A model generated the notes under the pieces. That model saw only the letters and a program-made list of their open reading frames with translations, searched no databases and was not told the origin of the DNA. The translations under genes and the position numbers were made by a program. Shown here one piece after another: positions 29,034 through 39,259 of a stretch of 60,178 nt of DNA; position 1 is the first letter of the stretch; every line of letters starts with the position of its first letter. The DNA comes from Christensenellales bacterium (GTDB lineage: Bacteria > Bacillota > Clostridia > Christensenellales > CALWSW01). The stretch is taken from contig JBMNTV010000004.1 in NCBI GenBank assembly GCA_050945915.1, forward strand, positions 1-60,178, written 5' to 3'.

Positions 29034-29471
29034 ATGGATATCAAAGCGATCCAGGAGTTGATCGCCGCGGTGGAGGCGTCCTCCCTCTCCCGCCTGCATT
29101 ACGAGGATAAGGCCATCAAAATCACGCTGGAAAAATCCGCCGGTGTCGTTTCTGCCGTTTCTGCGCCGGCTCCGGCTGCTTCGGACAGCCAGCAGCCGGA
29201 TGAACCGGCCAATGCGGAACAAAGCACGGGCACGGTGGTCACCGCCCCCATCGTGGGGACGGTTTACCGCGCCCGGGAACCGGGTCAAAAGCCCATCGTT
29301 TCGGTGGGGGACGCGGTGAAGCAAGGTGACCCCCTCTGCCTGATCGAGGCCATGAAGCTGTTCAGCGAAGTGACCTCCCCCTGTGCTGGCATCGTCACCG
29401 AAATCCACTTTACAGACGGCGAACTGGTGGAGTTCGGCAAACCCCTCATGACCATCGGAGCGCAGAAATGA
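29034..29471 (+). CDS. accB: biotin carboxyl carrier protein
   Basis: Ala/Pro-rich linker, EAMKL biotinylation motif. Confidence 0.93.
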   Translation: MDIKAIQELIAAVEASSLSRLHYEDKAIKITLEKSAGVVSAVSAPAPAASDSQQPDEPANAEQSTGTVVTAPIVGTVYRAREPGQKPIVSVGDAVKQGDPLCLIEAMKLFSEVTSPCAGIVTEIHFTDGELVEFGKPLMTIGAQK

Positions 29472-30844
29472 TTCGGCGCGTACTGGTGGCGAACCGCGGG
29501 GAAATCGCCGTGCGCATCATACGCGCCTGCAGGGACATGAACATCGAAACCGTGGCCGTCTATTCCCAGGCGGACGCGGACTCCCTGTTCGTCACGCTGG
29601 CGACGCGGTCGATCTGCATTGGCGGCAACCGCCCGGTGGAAAGTTATCTGAACAAGCAAAACATCATCGCGGCTGCTCTGGGCACCCAATGCGACGCGAT
29701 TCACCCCGGTTTCGGGTTTTTGTCCGAAAATGCGGATTTTGCCCAACTGGTTGAGGATCAGGGCCTGCTTTTTATCGGCCCGCCGGCGTCAGTCATCCGC
29801 CGAATGGGGGACAAAAGCGCGGCCCGGGAGCTGATGCAGTCCTGCGGCGTGCCCGTGGTTCCGGGTTCCGACGGAATCGTCAAAGACTGCGAACACGCCA
29901 AAGCGATTGCCAAAAAACTGGGTTGTCCCGTTTTCATCAAAGCCCGATCCGGCGGCGGCGGCCGGGGGATTCGGGTCGTCCAGGACGAAACCCAGATCCA
30001 ATCCGCCTTTGAAGCCGCCACCGGCGAGGCGATGGCCGCCTTTGGGGACGGGGCGGTCTACCTCGAAAAGCTGATCGTCAACCCGCGGCACATCGAAGTG
30101 CAGATCCTTGCCGACCACCACGGCAACGTGGTGCATCTTTTCGAACGGGAATGCTCGCTTCAGCGCCGCAACCAGAAGATCCTGGAAGAAGCCCCCTCCC
30201 GCAGGGTGGACGTTGCCCTCAGAAACCGCATGGGCGAAGCGGCCGTCAGGGCGGCAAAAGCCGCCGGTTACCGCAATGCCGGAACGGTGGAGTTTCTGCT
30301 GGATGATGACGGCAACTTCTACTTCATCGAGATGAACACCCGCATCCAGGTGGAGCACCCCGTCACGGAAATGGTGACGGGAATCGACCTGATCCGGGAG
30401 CAGATCCGGATCGCCTCCGGCGCTGCCCTGGAATACCGGCAGGAAGACATCCGGCTCAACGGCCACGCCATCGAATGCAGGATTAACGCCGAGGACCCGG
30501 AAAACGACTTTGCCCCCTGCCCGGGGGTGATCGAATACCTGCACCTGCCCGGCAGTTACGGCGTGCGGGTGGATACGGCGCTCTTTGCCGGCTGCAGGAT
30601 CAGCCCCTATTACGACTCCATGATCGCGAAGGTGATCGTCCACGGCAGGAACCGCAACGAAGCCATTTATCGGATGCGGCGGGCGCTGGAGGAACTCCTC
30701 GTGAAAGGGGTCAAGACCAACCTGGGCCTGCAGTACATGATCCTCTACAATCCGGATTTCATGCGGGGGCATTATGACACCGGATTTCTTGAGCGCAATA
30801 TGCCCCGCCTGCTGGCCCCAATCAAAAAAGATATGATGCTATAA
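29468..30844 (+). CDS. accC: biotin carboxylase
   Basis: ANRGEIA, HPGFGFLSEN, GGGGRG, EMNTRIQVEH. Confidence 0.95.
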   Translation: MIRRVLVANRGEIAVRIIRACRDMNIETVAVYSQADADSLFVTLATRSICIGGNRPVESYLNKQNIIAAALGTQCDAIHPGFGFLSENADFAQLVEDQGLLFIGPPASVIRRMGDKSAARELMQSCGVPVVPGSDGIVKDCEHAKAIAKKLGCPVFIKARSGGGGRGIRVVQDETQIQSAFEAATGEAMAAFGDGAVYLEKLIVNPRHIEVQILADHHGNVVHLFERECSLQRRNQKILEEAPSRRVDVALRNRMGEAAVRAAKAAGYRNAGTVEFLLDDDGNFYFIEMNTRIQVEHPVTEMVTGIDLIREQIRIASGAALEYRQEDIRLNGHAIECRINAEDPENDFAPCPGVIEYLHLPGSYGVRVDTALFAGCRISPYYDSMIAKVIVHGRNRNEAIYRMRRALEELLVKGVKTNLGLQYMILYNPDFMRGHYDTGFLERNMPRLLAPIKKDMML

Positions 30845-30845
30845 T

Positions 30846-31703
30846 ATGTTGACTATTTTCACAGAGCGCAAAAACAAGCTGAATACGTTGCGGACCTCCC
30901 GCATGAAACGAAAGACCGCGGCGCAAAGTGCGGCGGTTCCATACATTCGCTGCCCGCAATGCCAGGCGGACCACGTCGAAGGCACCCTCGCCGCAAGCCT
31001 GTACGTCTGCCCGAGGTGCGGGCATCACATGCCCCTCTCTGCCAAAAGGCGGATCAGCCTCACGCTGGACCGCGGCACCATGCGTGAGCTGTTCGCCCAC
31101 ATACTGCCCAAAAACCCCCTCGATTTCCCCGAGTACGACGAAAAGCTCGCCCGGCTTTCCCAAAAGACCGGCATGGCGGACGCGGCGCTGTGCGCCACCG
31201 GTTCCATCGGCAGGATCAAGGTGGTCTGTGCGGCGCTGGACAGCCGCTTCCTCATGGGCAGCATGGGCACGGCAGTGGGCGAAAAAATCACCCTCGCCGC
31301 AGAGTATGCGCACGATCACCGCCTGCCGCTCATCATCTTTTCCGCCAGCGGCGGCGCCCGCATGCAGGAGGGGGTCTTTTCCCTGATGCAGATGGTGAAA
31401 ACCGCCGGAGCCATCAAGCGTCTTTCCGAAGCCGGAGGGCTTTATATCTCCGTGCTCACCCACCCGACGACGGGGGGCGTCACCGCCAGCTTCGCCTCCC
31501 TGGGGGATATCATCCTCGCCGAACCGGGGGCTTTGATCGGCTTTGCGGGGCCGCGGGTGATCGAACAAACCATCCGCCAAACCCTGCCGGAGGGATTCCA
31601 GCGCAGCGAGTTCCAGTTGGAACGCGGTTTTGTGGACGCCATCGTCCCCCGGAACCAGATGCGCGCCACGCTGAAAACCCTGCTTTCGCTACACAGGAGG
31701 TAA
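30846..31703 (+). CDS. accD: acetyl-CoA carboxylase carboxyltransferase beta
   Basis: C4 zinc ribbon, SGGARMQEG, PTTGGVTAS, GFAGPRVI. Confidence 0.95.
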   Translation: MLTIFTERKNKLNTLRTSRMKRKTAAQSAAVPYIRCPQCQADHVEGTLAASLYVCPRCGHHMPLSAKRRISLTLDRGTMRELFAHILPKNPLDFPEYDEKLARLSQKTGMADAALCATGSIGRIKVVCAALDSRFLMGSMGTAVGEKITLAAEYAHDHRLPLIIFSASGGARMQEGVFSLMQMVKTAGAIKRLSEAGGLYISVLTHPTTGGVTASFASLGDIILAEPGALIGFAGPRVIEQTIRQTLPEGFQRSEFQLERGFVDAIVPRNQMRATLKTLLSLHRR

Positions 31704-31704
31704 G

Positions 31705-32496
31705 ATGGACATCACCGCCCACGAGCGCGTCATGTTGGCCCGGGACAGCCGCCGGCCGAACATCCGGGATTATATCGGCGCGCTGCTGACCGACTTTTTT
31801 GAAATCCGGGGGGACCGCCGCTTTGCCGACGATCGGGCCATCGTCTGCGGCATCGGCCGGTTTTGCAGCATTCCGGTTACGGTGGCCGGCCACTGCAAGG
31901 GACACACCCTTCAGGAAAACATCGACTGCAACTTTGGAATGCCGGAGCCGGAGGGCTACCGCAAATGGCAGCGCGCCATGGCCCAGGCGGAAAAATTCGG
32001 TCGCCCGATCATCACCTTTGTGGACACGCCGGGGGCCTATCCGGGAAAAGAGGCTGAAGAACGCGGCCAGGGAGAGGCGATCGCCCAGTGCCTTTTTATG
32101 ATGAGCAACCTCAAAGTGCCGATCCTATGCGTCGTCACGGGGGAAGGCGGCTCGGGCGGAGCGCTGGCTTTAAGCGTTGCGGACCGGATGCTGATGCTTT
32201 CCAACGCGGTCTATTCGGTGCTTTCGCCGGAAGGGTTCGCTTCCATCCTTTGGAAGGACGCCTCCCGCACCTTGGAAGCCTCCGCCATCATGAAGCTGAC
32301 CGCCCAGGATCTTTTTTCCTTCGGCATCGCCGACCGCATCATCGAAGAACCCAGCGGGGGCGCGGGGGCAAAGCCGCATCTGGTCATCGCCCGGGTGAAA
32401 AAGGCCCTTCGGGAAGAGCTTTTCGCGCTGCTGAAATCCCCCGCAGAACAATATCTTGAGAACCGGTACGCAAAATACCGGGCCATCGGATTGTGA
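31705..32496 (+). CDS. accA: acetyl-CoA carboxylase carboxyltransferase alpha
   Basis: DTPGAYPG, GEGGSGGAL, SPEG.ASILWKD. Confidence 0.95.
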   Translation: MDITAHERVMLARDSRRPNIRDYIGALLTDFFEIRGDRRFADDRAIVCGIGRFCSIPVTVAGHCKGHTLQENIDCNFGMPEPEGYRKWQRAMAQAEKFGRPIITFVDTPGAYPGKEAEERGQGEAIAQCLFMMSNLKVPILCVVTGEGGSGGALALSVADRMLMLSNAVYSVLSPEGFASILWKDASRTLEASAIMKLTAQDLFSFGIADRIIEEPSGGAGAKPHLVIARVKKALREELFALLKSPAEQYLENRYAKYRAIGL

Positions 32497-32509
32497 GGTA
32501 ATTGCCGTT

Positions 32510-33487
32510 TTGTCAGGGCTATCGATATTGAGTACGGGGCGATATCTCCCCCCTCTTTCCATCACCAACGCCATGCTGGAAACCATCGTGGATACCAGCG
32601 ATGAATGGATCACTTCCCGCACCGGGATCTGCAGCCGCACCATCGCGACGGAGCAGGAAACCACCCTCTCCATGGCCGCTTCGGCAGCGGAACACGCGAT
32701 TCTCACCGCTAAAATCCCCAGGGAGCAAATCGGCGTGTTGATCTGCGCCACCATCACCGGGGATTATGCCACGCCCTCCCTTTCTTGCCTGCTGCAAAAG
32801 GAGCTGGGCCTTAGGAATGATTTGCTCGCCTTCGACATGAACGCGGCGTGCAGCGGGTTTGTCTATGCGCTGAAGACCGCCCACGCCCTGCTCGCGGGGC
32901 AGGAGGATGCCGTCGCCCTCGTCATCGGGTGCGACATGCTTTCCAAGATCGTGGACTACACCGACCGCAGCACCTGCGTCCTTTTTGGGGACGGGGCGGG
33001 GGCCGCCATCGTCAAACGAAGCGCATCCGGCGCGTTCTTCTTTGACGCGGGCGCCCAGGGCGACAGCGAGATCCTCTCCGCCCGGCTGGGCTATTTTGCG
33101 AACAATCCCTTTGCCAGCCGCAGCGCGGACGCAAGGCCCGAGGCATTCCGGATGAACGGGGCAGAAGTGTTCCGCTTTGCAGTGGAGCATGCGCCCCAAA
33201 GCGTGCTTTCCGTCTTGAAACAGGCAAAGAAAACGGCGGACCAGATCGACCATTTCGTCTTTCACCAAGCGAATGAGCGCATCATCCAGTCCGTTGCCAA
33301 AAAACTGAACATTTCCCTGGAAAAATGTGTCTTGAACATCGGCCAGGTGGGGAACACCTCCGCCGCCAGCGTCGCCATCGCCCTGGATGAACTTGCCCGA
33401 TCCGGCAGGCTGGTTCGGGGGGACAGCGTGGTCCTGTCCGCCTTTGGCGGCGGGCTGACCTATGGCAGCATCTATTTTACTTGGTAA
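32510..33487 (+). CDS. fabH: 3-oxoacyl-ACP synthase III
   Basis: DTSDEWI, AACSGF, FHQAN, GNTSAAS; TTG start after GAGGT. Confidence 0.93.
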   Translation: MSGLSILSTGRYLPPLSITNAMLETIVDTSDEWITSRTGICSRTIATEQETTLSMAASAAEHAILTAKIPREQIGVLICATITGDYATPSLSCLLQKELGLRNDLLAFDMNAACSGFVYALKTAHALLAGQEDAVALVIGCDMLSKIVDYTDRSTCVLFGDGAGAAIVKRSASGAFFFDAGAQGDSEILSARLGYFANNPFASRSADARPEAFRMNGAEVFRFAVEHAPQSVLSVLKQAKKTADQIDHFVFHQANERIIQSVAKKLNISLEKCVLNIGQVGNTSAASVAIALDELARSGRLVRGDSVVLSAFGGGLTYGSIYFTW

Positions 33488-33500
33488 AGGAAGTGGTCTT

Positions 33501-34460
33501 ATGGATCTGAGAAATTTGCTGGGGATCGAGTATCCCATCATTCAGGGCGGTATGGCCAACATCGCCACCGGCGCTTTTGCAGCGCTGATTTCCGAGATCG
33601 GCGGTCTGGGCCTGATCGCGAGCGGCGGCTATTCGGCAGACCAGCTGCGCGAGCAGATCCGCATCGCCCGGTCAAAAACCAAAAAGCCCATTGGCGTCAA
33701 CCTGATGATGATGCATCCCCAGGTGGAGGAAATCGCCGCGCTATTGATCGAGGAAAGGGTCTCCGTCGTCACCACCGGCGCGGGCATGCCGGGAAAATAC
33801 ATTCCCGGGTGGAAGGAAGCCGGCATCAAGGTGTTCCCGGTGATCCCCAGCGTCGCCCTAGCCAGACGCGTCGCTGCCCAGGGGGCGGACGGCGTCATCG
33901 CCGAGGGCTGTGAAAGCGGCGGCCACGTGGGTGAACTCACCACGATGGCCCTCGTCCCCCAAGTGGTGGACGCTTTGGACATTCCCGTCGTCGCCGCGGG
34001 GGGCATCGCCAGCGGCAGGCAGATGCTGGCAGCACTGGCCCTTGGAGCTTGCGGCGTTCAGATCGGCACCACGCTGCTGCGCGCCCAGGAATGCCCGATC
34101 CACGACAACTACAAGCAGGCCATCCTGAAAGCAAAAGATACGGACACCACCGTTACCGGCCGCATCGCCGGCGTTCCGGTGCGCATTCTGAAAAACAAGA
34201 TGGCGCAGGAGTACCTGAAGCTGGAAAAATCCGGGGCGAGCCGGGATGAGCTGGAACACTTTACCCTCGGTTCCCTGCGCCGCGCCGTGTTTGACGGCGA
34301 TACGTCCAACGGTTCCCTGATGGCCGGCCAGGTCGCGGGGCAACTGAAGGAGATCCAGCCCGCAGAAGCGATCATCAAGGGTCTCTTTGAGGACTGCAAA
34401 AAGGCCTTTGCCGCGCTGGGAGCGCACCCGCTGCTCAAAAGCAAGGGGAACGCGGAATGA
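33501..34460 (+). CDS. fabK: enoyl-ACP reductase FabK
   Basis: YPIIQGGMA, EG.ESGGH, AAGGI, MAGQ.AG within the fab cluster. Confidence 0.9.
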   Translation: MDLRNLLGIEYPIIQGGMANIATGAFAALISEIGGLGLIASGGYSADQLREQIRIARSKTKKPIGVNLMMMHPQVEEIAALLIEERVSVVTTGAGMPGKYIPGWKEAGIKVFPVIPSVALARRVAAQGADGVIAEGCESGGHVGELTTMALVPQVVDALDIPVVAAGGIASGRQMLAALALGACGVQIGTTLLRAQECPIHDNYKQAILKAKDTDTTVTGRIAGVPVRILKNKMAQEYLKLEKSGASRDELEHFTLGSLRRAVFDGDTSNGSLMAGQVAGQLKEIQPAEAIIKGLFEDCKKAFAALGAHPLLKSKGNAE

Positions 34461-35386
34461 AACTGGCCTTTCTGTACGCCGGCCAGGGCAGCCAGCGCTG
34501 CGGTATGGGCAAGGATTTTTATGCCGAATACCCTCAAATCCGCCCGCTTTTTGACATGCCGGCCATGAATCTCGACCTGCGCTCCCTTTGCTTTGAAGCG
34601 CCGATGGAGACCCTTTCCCAAACCCAGTATACCCAGCCTTGCATGGCGGTCTTTGCCGCCGCGGTGACCCGCCTTTTGAACGAAGCGGGCATCCGCCCGG
34701 ATTTTGCGGCCGGGCTTTCCCTGGGGGAGTACGGCGCTCTGCACGCGGCGGGCGCGTTCGACGCAAAGACCCTCGTGGAGCTGCTGGCCTTTCGCGGCAA
34801 GGTCATGGCGGAAACCACCCAAGGCATGGACTGCGGCATGACCGCTGTTTTCGGGTTGGACGAAGCGGCGGTACGGGAGGCGGTTTCCTCCGCCGGGAGC
34901 GGGGCGTTTTGCTGCAACCTCAACTGCCCGGGCCAGATCGTCATCGGCGGTGTGCGCGACGCCGTGGAAGCCGCAGCCAAAACCTGCCTGGACCGGGGCG
35001 CCAAGCATTGCATTACCCTGAACGTCAGCGGCCCTTTCCACACGCCTTTGATGGAGCAGGCTTCCCTTTTGCTGGAGCAAAAGCTCAAACACATCCCTTT
35101 CGCCCCCTTGGACTGCCCTGTGTTTTCCAACGTGACGGGGGAGACAATCCCCCAGGACGCGGACATCGAGAAGCTTCTGGTCCAACAGATCAAAATGCCC
35201 GTGCGATTCGACCGGATTCTGAAAAACCTCGCCGATTGCGACGTGGACGCGGTCATCGAGATCGGGCCGGGCAAGGTGCTGAGCGGATTCTTGCATAAGA
35301 CCGCGCCCCATATCCGGCGTTATGCCATCGAGACCGTCGAGGATTTCCAGCGTACGGTCGAAGATCTCAAGCAGCAGGAAGGATGA
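34457..35386 (+). CDS. fabD: malonyl-CoA:ACP transacylase
   Basis: GQGSQ, GLSLGEY, VSGPFH, EIGPGKVL. Confidence 0.94.
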   Translation: MKLAFLYAGQGSQRCGMGKDFYAEYPQIRPLFDMPAMNLDLRSLCFEAPMETLSQTQYTQPCMAVFAAAVTRLLNEAGIRPDFAAGLSLGEYGALHAAGAFDAKTLVELLAFRGKVMAETTQGMDCGMTAVFGLDEAAVREAVSSAGSGAFCCNLNCPGQIVIGGVRDAVEAAAKTCLDRGAKHCITLNVSGPFHTPLMEQASLLLEQKLKHIPFAPLDCPVFSNVTGETIPQDADIEKLLVQQIKMPVRFDRILKNLADCDVDAVIEIGPGKVLSGFLHKTAPHIRRYAIETVEDFQRTVEDLKQQEG

Positions 35387-36123
35387 ACAAGATGGATCTG
35401 ACCAATAAAACCGCCATCGTAACCGGCGGCAGCCGCGGCATCGGCCGGGCGATCTGCCAAAAGCTTGCGTCTTTGGGGGCGCGGATCGTGATTAATTACG
35501 CAGGAAACGACGCGGAAGCGGAAAAAACTCGCGCCCTATGCCCCGAATCGGTGCTGGTGAAGGGGGATGTTTCGGACAGCGCATGCTGCCAGGAGATCCT
35601 CAAGGTATGCGAGGATACCTTCGGCGCGCCGGACATCCTCGTCAACAACGCGGGCATCACGAGGGACAATCTGCTCATGCGCATGAGCGAGGAGGATTTC
35701 GACCGCGTGCTGGCCGTCAACCTCAAGGGCGCATTTCACCTCACCAAGCTGGCCACCCGCCCGATGCTGCGCCAAAAAAGCGGTCGCATCGTCAACGTCG
35801 CCAGCGTGGTGGGCATCTGCGGCAACGCCGGTCAGGCGAATTACGCCGCCAGCAAAGCCGGGCTGATCGGCCTGACCAAATCCACCGCAAAGGAGCTCGC
35901 CGCCCGAGGCATCACCGTCAACGCGGTGGCCCCCGGCCTTATCGAAACGGATATGACCGCCGTTTTGGGCGAAGACCTAAAAAACGAGATGCGAAAAAGC
36001 ATCCCCCTGGCCCGTTTTGGCAGGGGCGAAGACGTGGCCAACGCCGTGGCTTTTTTGTGTAGCGATCTGGCGGGATACATCACTGGCCAGGTCATCCACG
36101 TGGACGGCGGTATGCTGATCTGA
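35383..36123 (+). CDS. fabG: 3-oxoacyl-ACP reductase
   Basis: TGGSRGIG, NNAGITRD, NYAASKAG. Confidence 0.95.
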   Translation: MNKMDLTNKTAIVTGGSRGIGRAICQKLASLGARIVINYAGNDAEAEKTRALCPESVLVKGDVSDSACCQEILKVCEDTFGAPDILVNNAGITRDNLLMRMSEEDFDRVLAVNLKGAFHLTKLATRPMLRQKSGRIVNVASVVGICGNAGQANYAASKAGLIGLTKSTAKELAARGITVNAVAPGLIETDMTAVLGEDLKNEMRKSIPLARFGRGEDVANAVAFLCSDLAGYITGQVIHVDGGMLI

Positions 36124-36166
36124 ACGGCGAACAATGCCCGATATGAACAGAAAGAAGCGAAAAGCA

Positions 36167-37405
36167 ATGAAAAAACGCAAAGTTGTCATCACCGGCATGG
36201 GGGCTGTCACACCCCTGGGCAACGGTATCGAAGCATTTTGGGCGGGCATCCGAAGCGGCAAGTGCGGCATCCGCCCGATCACCCGACACGAATCATCCGC
36301 CCAGAAGGTCAAACTGGCCGCCGAGGTGGATTTGGACCCGAAGGATCACCTGCGCGGCTCGGAAGTGCGAAACATGGACCGCTTTGCGCTTTATGCCCTT
36401 GTGGCCGGCCGCGAGGCCCTGAAAGACAGCGGGCTGGCGGAAAAAGTCACCGATCCTGACCGCTGCGGCACCCTGGTTTCCTCCGGCATCGGCGGTTTGG
36501 CCTCCATCGTGCGGGAGCAGGCAAAGGGCCAGAAAAGGGGCTTTGACCGGGTCTCCCCCTTCTTCATCCCCATGTCGATTTCCAACATGGCAGCAGGCAG
36601 GCTCGCCATCGAAGCGGGCTTTCGGGGATACTGTTCCTGCGTGGTCACCGCCTGCGCCGGCGGAGCCAACGCCGTCGGGGATGCGATGCGCATGATCCGC
36701 CATGGATATGCGGACGTCATGCTCTGCGGCGGCGCAGAATCCGCCATCACTCCCCTCGCGTTGGGGGGGTTCACCTCCATGCGCGCCCTGCACGAGGGCA
36801 GCGACCCCAACCGGGCCTGCATCCCGTTTGACGCCGAACGCAGCGGGTTTGTGTTGGGAGAAGGTGCGGGCATCCTGGTCCTTGAAGAGTACGAACACGC
36901 CCTGCGGCGCGGCGCAAAGATTTACGGCGAACTGTCCGGCTATGGCACCACCTGTGATGCGTACCACATCACCGCTCCGGAACCAAGCGGCACCGGCGCT
37001 GCCCAGGCCATGAAACTGGCGCTTGCCGACGCCGGACTCACCGGCAAAGACATCGATTACATCAACGCCCACGGCACCTCCACAGAGTTGAACGACAAGA
37101 CGGAAACCAAGGCGATCAAAGAGGTTTTCGGCCAAGAGGCGTCCAGGCTCCCCGTCAGTTCCACCAAATCCATGACCGGGCATATGCTGGGGGCTGCCGG
37201 CAGCGTCGAGGCGATCGTCTGCCTTCTCGCGCTGCAGGACGGATTCATTCCCGCCACCATCAACTACAAGGTTTTTGACCCGGAATGCGATCTTGACGTC
37301 GTTCCAAACGTCGGGCGGCAGGCGAAACTGTCCCGCGTCATGTCCAACTCCCTGGGCTTTGGCGGGCACAACGCTTCGCTGATCTTTTCAAAGTTGGGAG
37401 AATAA
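36167..37405 (+). CDS. fabF: 3-oxoacyl-ACP synthase II
   Basis: VVITGMG, TACA, NAHGTST, TGHMLGAAG, NSLGFGGHN. Confidence 0.95.
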   Translation: MKKRKVVITGMGAVTPLGNGIEAFWAGIRSGKCGIRPITRHESSAQKVKLAAEVDLDPKDHLRGSEVRNMDRFALYALVAGREALKDSGLAEKVTDPDRCGTLVSSGIGGLASIVREQAKGQKRGFDRVSPFFIPMSISNMAAGRLAIEAGFRGYCSCVVTACAGGANAVGDAMRMIRHGYADVMLCGGAESAITPLALGGFTSMRALHEGSDPNRACIPFDAERSGFVLGEGAGILVLEEYEHALRRGAKIYGELSGYGTTCDAYHITAPEPSGTGAAQAMKLALADAGLTGKDIDYINAHGTSTELNDKTETKAIKEVFGQEASRLPVSSTKSMTGHMLGAAGSVEAIVCLLALQDGFIPATINYKVFDPECDLDVVPNVGRQAKLSRVMSNSLGFGGHNASLIFSKLGE

Positions 37406-37408
37406 GCT

Positions 37409-37855
37409 ATGATGCTAACAAAAGAGCAAATCCAAGAGATCATTCCCCACAGGGACCCGTTCTTGCTGGTGGACGCGGTGGTGGATTACGAACCCGGCAA
37501 ATGGGCGCGGGGCATCAAGTACGTTTCGCCGGACGAGCCGTATTTTGCGGGCCATTTCCCGAATTATCCCGTGATGCCCGGGGTGCTGATCATTGAGGCA
37601 CTGGCCCAGGTGGGCGGCGTGGTCGTGCTTTCCCTGCCGGAAAACCGCGGCAAGCTGGCGCTTTTTGGCGGCATCAGAGAAGCGCGGTTTTTGCGCCAGG
37701 TGCGCCCCGGCGACACATTGGAGCTGGAGTGCGAAATCGGCCGCGTCCGCGGAACGGTGGGCTTTGGCAGCGCCACCGCAAAGGTGGGTGGAATGCCGGT
37801 GTGCCATGCAAAATTTACCTTCGCCATCGTCAATCGCACCGATGCCCACCCTTAA
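37409..37855 (+). CDS. fabZ: 3-hydroxyacyl-ACP dehydratase
   Basis: [29 protein letters not shown]. Confidence 0.95.
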   Translation: MMLTKEQIQEIIPHRDPFLLVDAVVDYEPGKWARGIKYVSPDEPYFAGHFPNYPVMPGVLIIEALAQVGGVVVLSLPENRGKLALFGGIREARFLRQVRPGDTLELECEIGRVRGTVGFGSATAKVGGMPVCHAKFTFAIVNRTDAHP

Positions 37856-37946
37856 GCCTTCGCAACCCCGTTACACACAGCGGCTGCCGGAGGTCACACA
37901 AACAGGCGGCAACGGGTCGTGGGGGGTCAAATGTCTGGAGGTTTTT

Positions 37947-38396
37947 ATGATGTTGGAACATTTATTCCGAAGGGTTTATACCAAGTTTAAGCTCAACTTC
38001 TACCGCAGCATTTTCAGCCGCTTTGAAACCCGGGAAGCCAGCCTGACGGCGGTGGAGACCTTTTGCGTGGAAGTGATCCACGCCCTTCGCACGCCCACGA
38101 TCAGCGAATTCGCCAAATTTGTGGACATCTCGCTGCCCAACGCCACCCACAAAATTCAGAGCTTGATCAGAAAGAAGTACGTTACCAAGGAGCAGTCCCC
38201 TCACGACAAGCGGGAAAGCATCCTCAGGGTGACGGACAGGTTCTATCAGTTGTATAACATCAGCGACGCATACATCGACACCGTGATGGAACGCATCCGG
38301 CAACGCTTTTCCCCAGAGGAAATCACCATGCTGGAAAAAATCCTCAAGGTGATGGAGACGGAGCTGATGCCGGAGACCCTGCTGCCCGCAGACTAA
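37947..38396 (+). CDS. MarR family regulator (candidate FabT-like)
   Basis: SD GGAGG; wHTH (TISEFAK...SLPNAT..I..L..K.YV....DKR); last gene of the fab block. Confidence 0.8.
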   Translation: MMLEHLFRRVYTKFKLNFYRSIFSRFETREASLTAVETFCVEVIHALRTPTISEFAKFVDISLPNATHKIQSLIRKKYVTKEQSPHDKRESILRVTDRFYQLYNISDAYIDTVMERIRQRFSPEEITMLEKILKVMETELMPETLLPAD

Positions 38397-38406
38397 CGGA
38401 ACTATC

Positions 38407-38441
38407 AAAGGGGCATGGAGTGAACCGTCCAGCCCTTTTTT
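38407..38441 (+). terminator. probable terminator after marR
   Basis: AAAGGGGCATGGA/TCCAGCCCTTTTTT imperfect stem. Confidence 0.55.
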
Positions 38442-38455
38442 GTTGAGGACCGCCA

Positions 38456-39259
38456 ATGGACCACACAAACGCCCATTCCTCTCATATTGCAGACTGCATT
38501 CGGTCCCTCCTGAAGGAGGGGCATCCCTTTTCGCTGGAAGTTTATGAAGAAATCGGCTCTACCAACGACCGGGCAAAGGAACTCGAAGCAAGCGGCGCGC
38601 CGGGATGGACCGCTGTGCTTGCCCGCAGGCAGAGCGCTGGCCGCGGCCGCATGGGGCGAAGGTTTTATTCCCCTTTGGGGGGCGTCTACCTCTCCCTTTT
38701 GCTGCGGCCGGACTGCGACGCGGCGGACGCCAGCCTCTTTACCGCCGCTACGGCCGTCGCAGTTTGCCGCGCCATCCATGCGCTTTGCGGGTTGAACTGC
38801 CGCATCAAGTGGCCGAATGACCTGCTTTTTAGGGGCAGGAAGGTCTGCGGGATTCTGACCGAGGCTGCCCTTGGGCAAGGCGGCAGGATGGATGCCATGG
38901 CAATCGGCATCGGGCTGAACCTGCACCTGCCTTCGGGCGGTTTCCCGCCGGAACTGAAGGACGCTGGCGCGCTTTTTTCGACCGAGCAGCCCTGCCCTTC
39001 TTTTACCGAAACCGCGGCTGCCCTGCTGAACGCGCTGCACGAGCAGCTTTTTGATATGCCGCACAGGCGGTTCCTCCCGGAATACCGCCAACGCAGCATG
39101 CTGATTGGAAAAAGCATTGCGGTGCTGCAAAGGGGCGAAACCCGCCCCGCCACCGTCCGCGGCATCGACGAGAACGCCGGGCTGTGTGTCGAGTACCCGG
39201 ACGGCGCCAAAGAAACCTTACTGAGTGGGGAGATAAGCATCCGTGAAGACAACTGCTGA
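38456..39259 (+). CDS. birA: biotin--protein ligase, no N-terminal HTH
   Basis: STN, QSAGRGR.GR.F.SP, KWPND, KVCGIL. Confidence 0.92.
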   Translation: MDHTNAHSSHIADCIRSLLKEGHPFSLEVYEEIGSTNDRAKELEASGAPGWTAVLARRQSAGRGRMGRRFYSPLGGVYLSLLLRPDCDAADASLFTAATAVAVCRAIHALCGLNCRIKWPNDLLFRGRKVCGILTEAALGQGGRMDAMAIGIGLNLHLPSGGFPPELKDAGALFSTEQPCPSFTETAAALLNALHEQLFDMPHRRFLPEYRQRSMLIGKSIAVLQRGETRPATVRGIDENAGLCVEYPDGAKETLLSGEISIREDNC

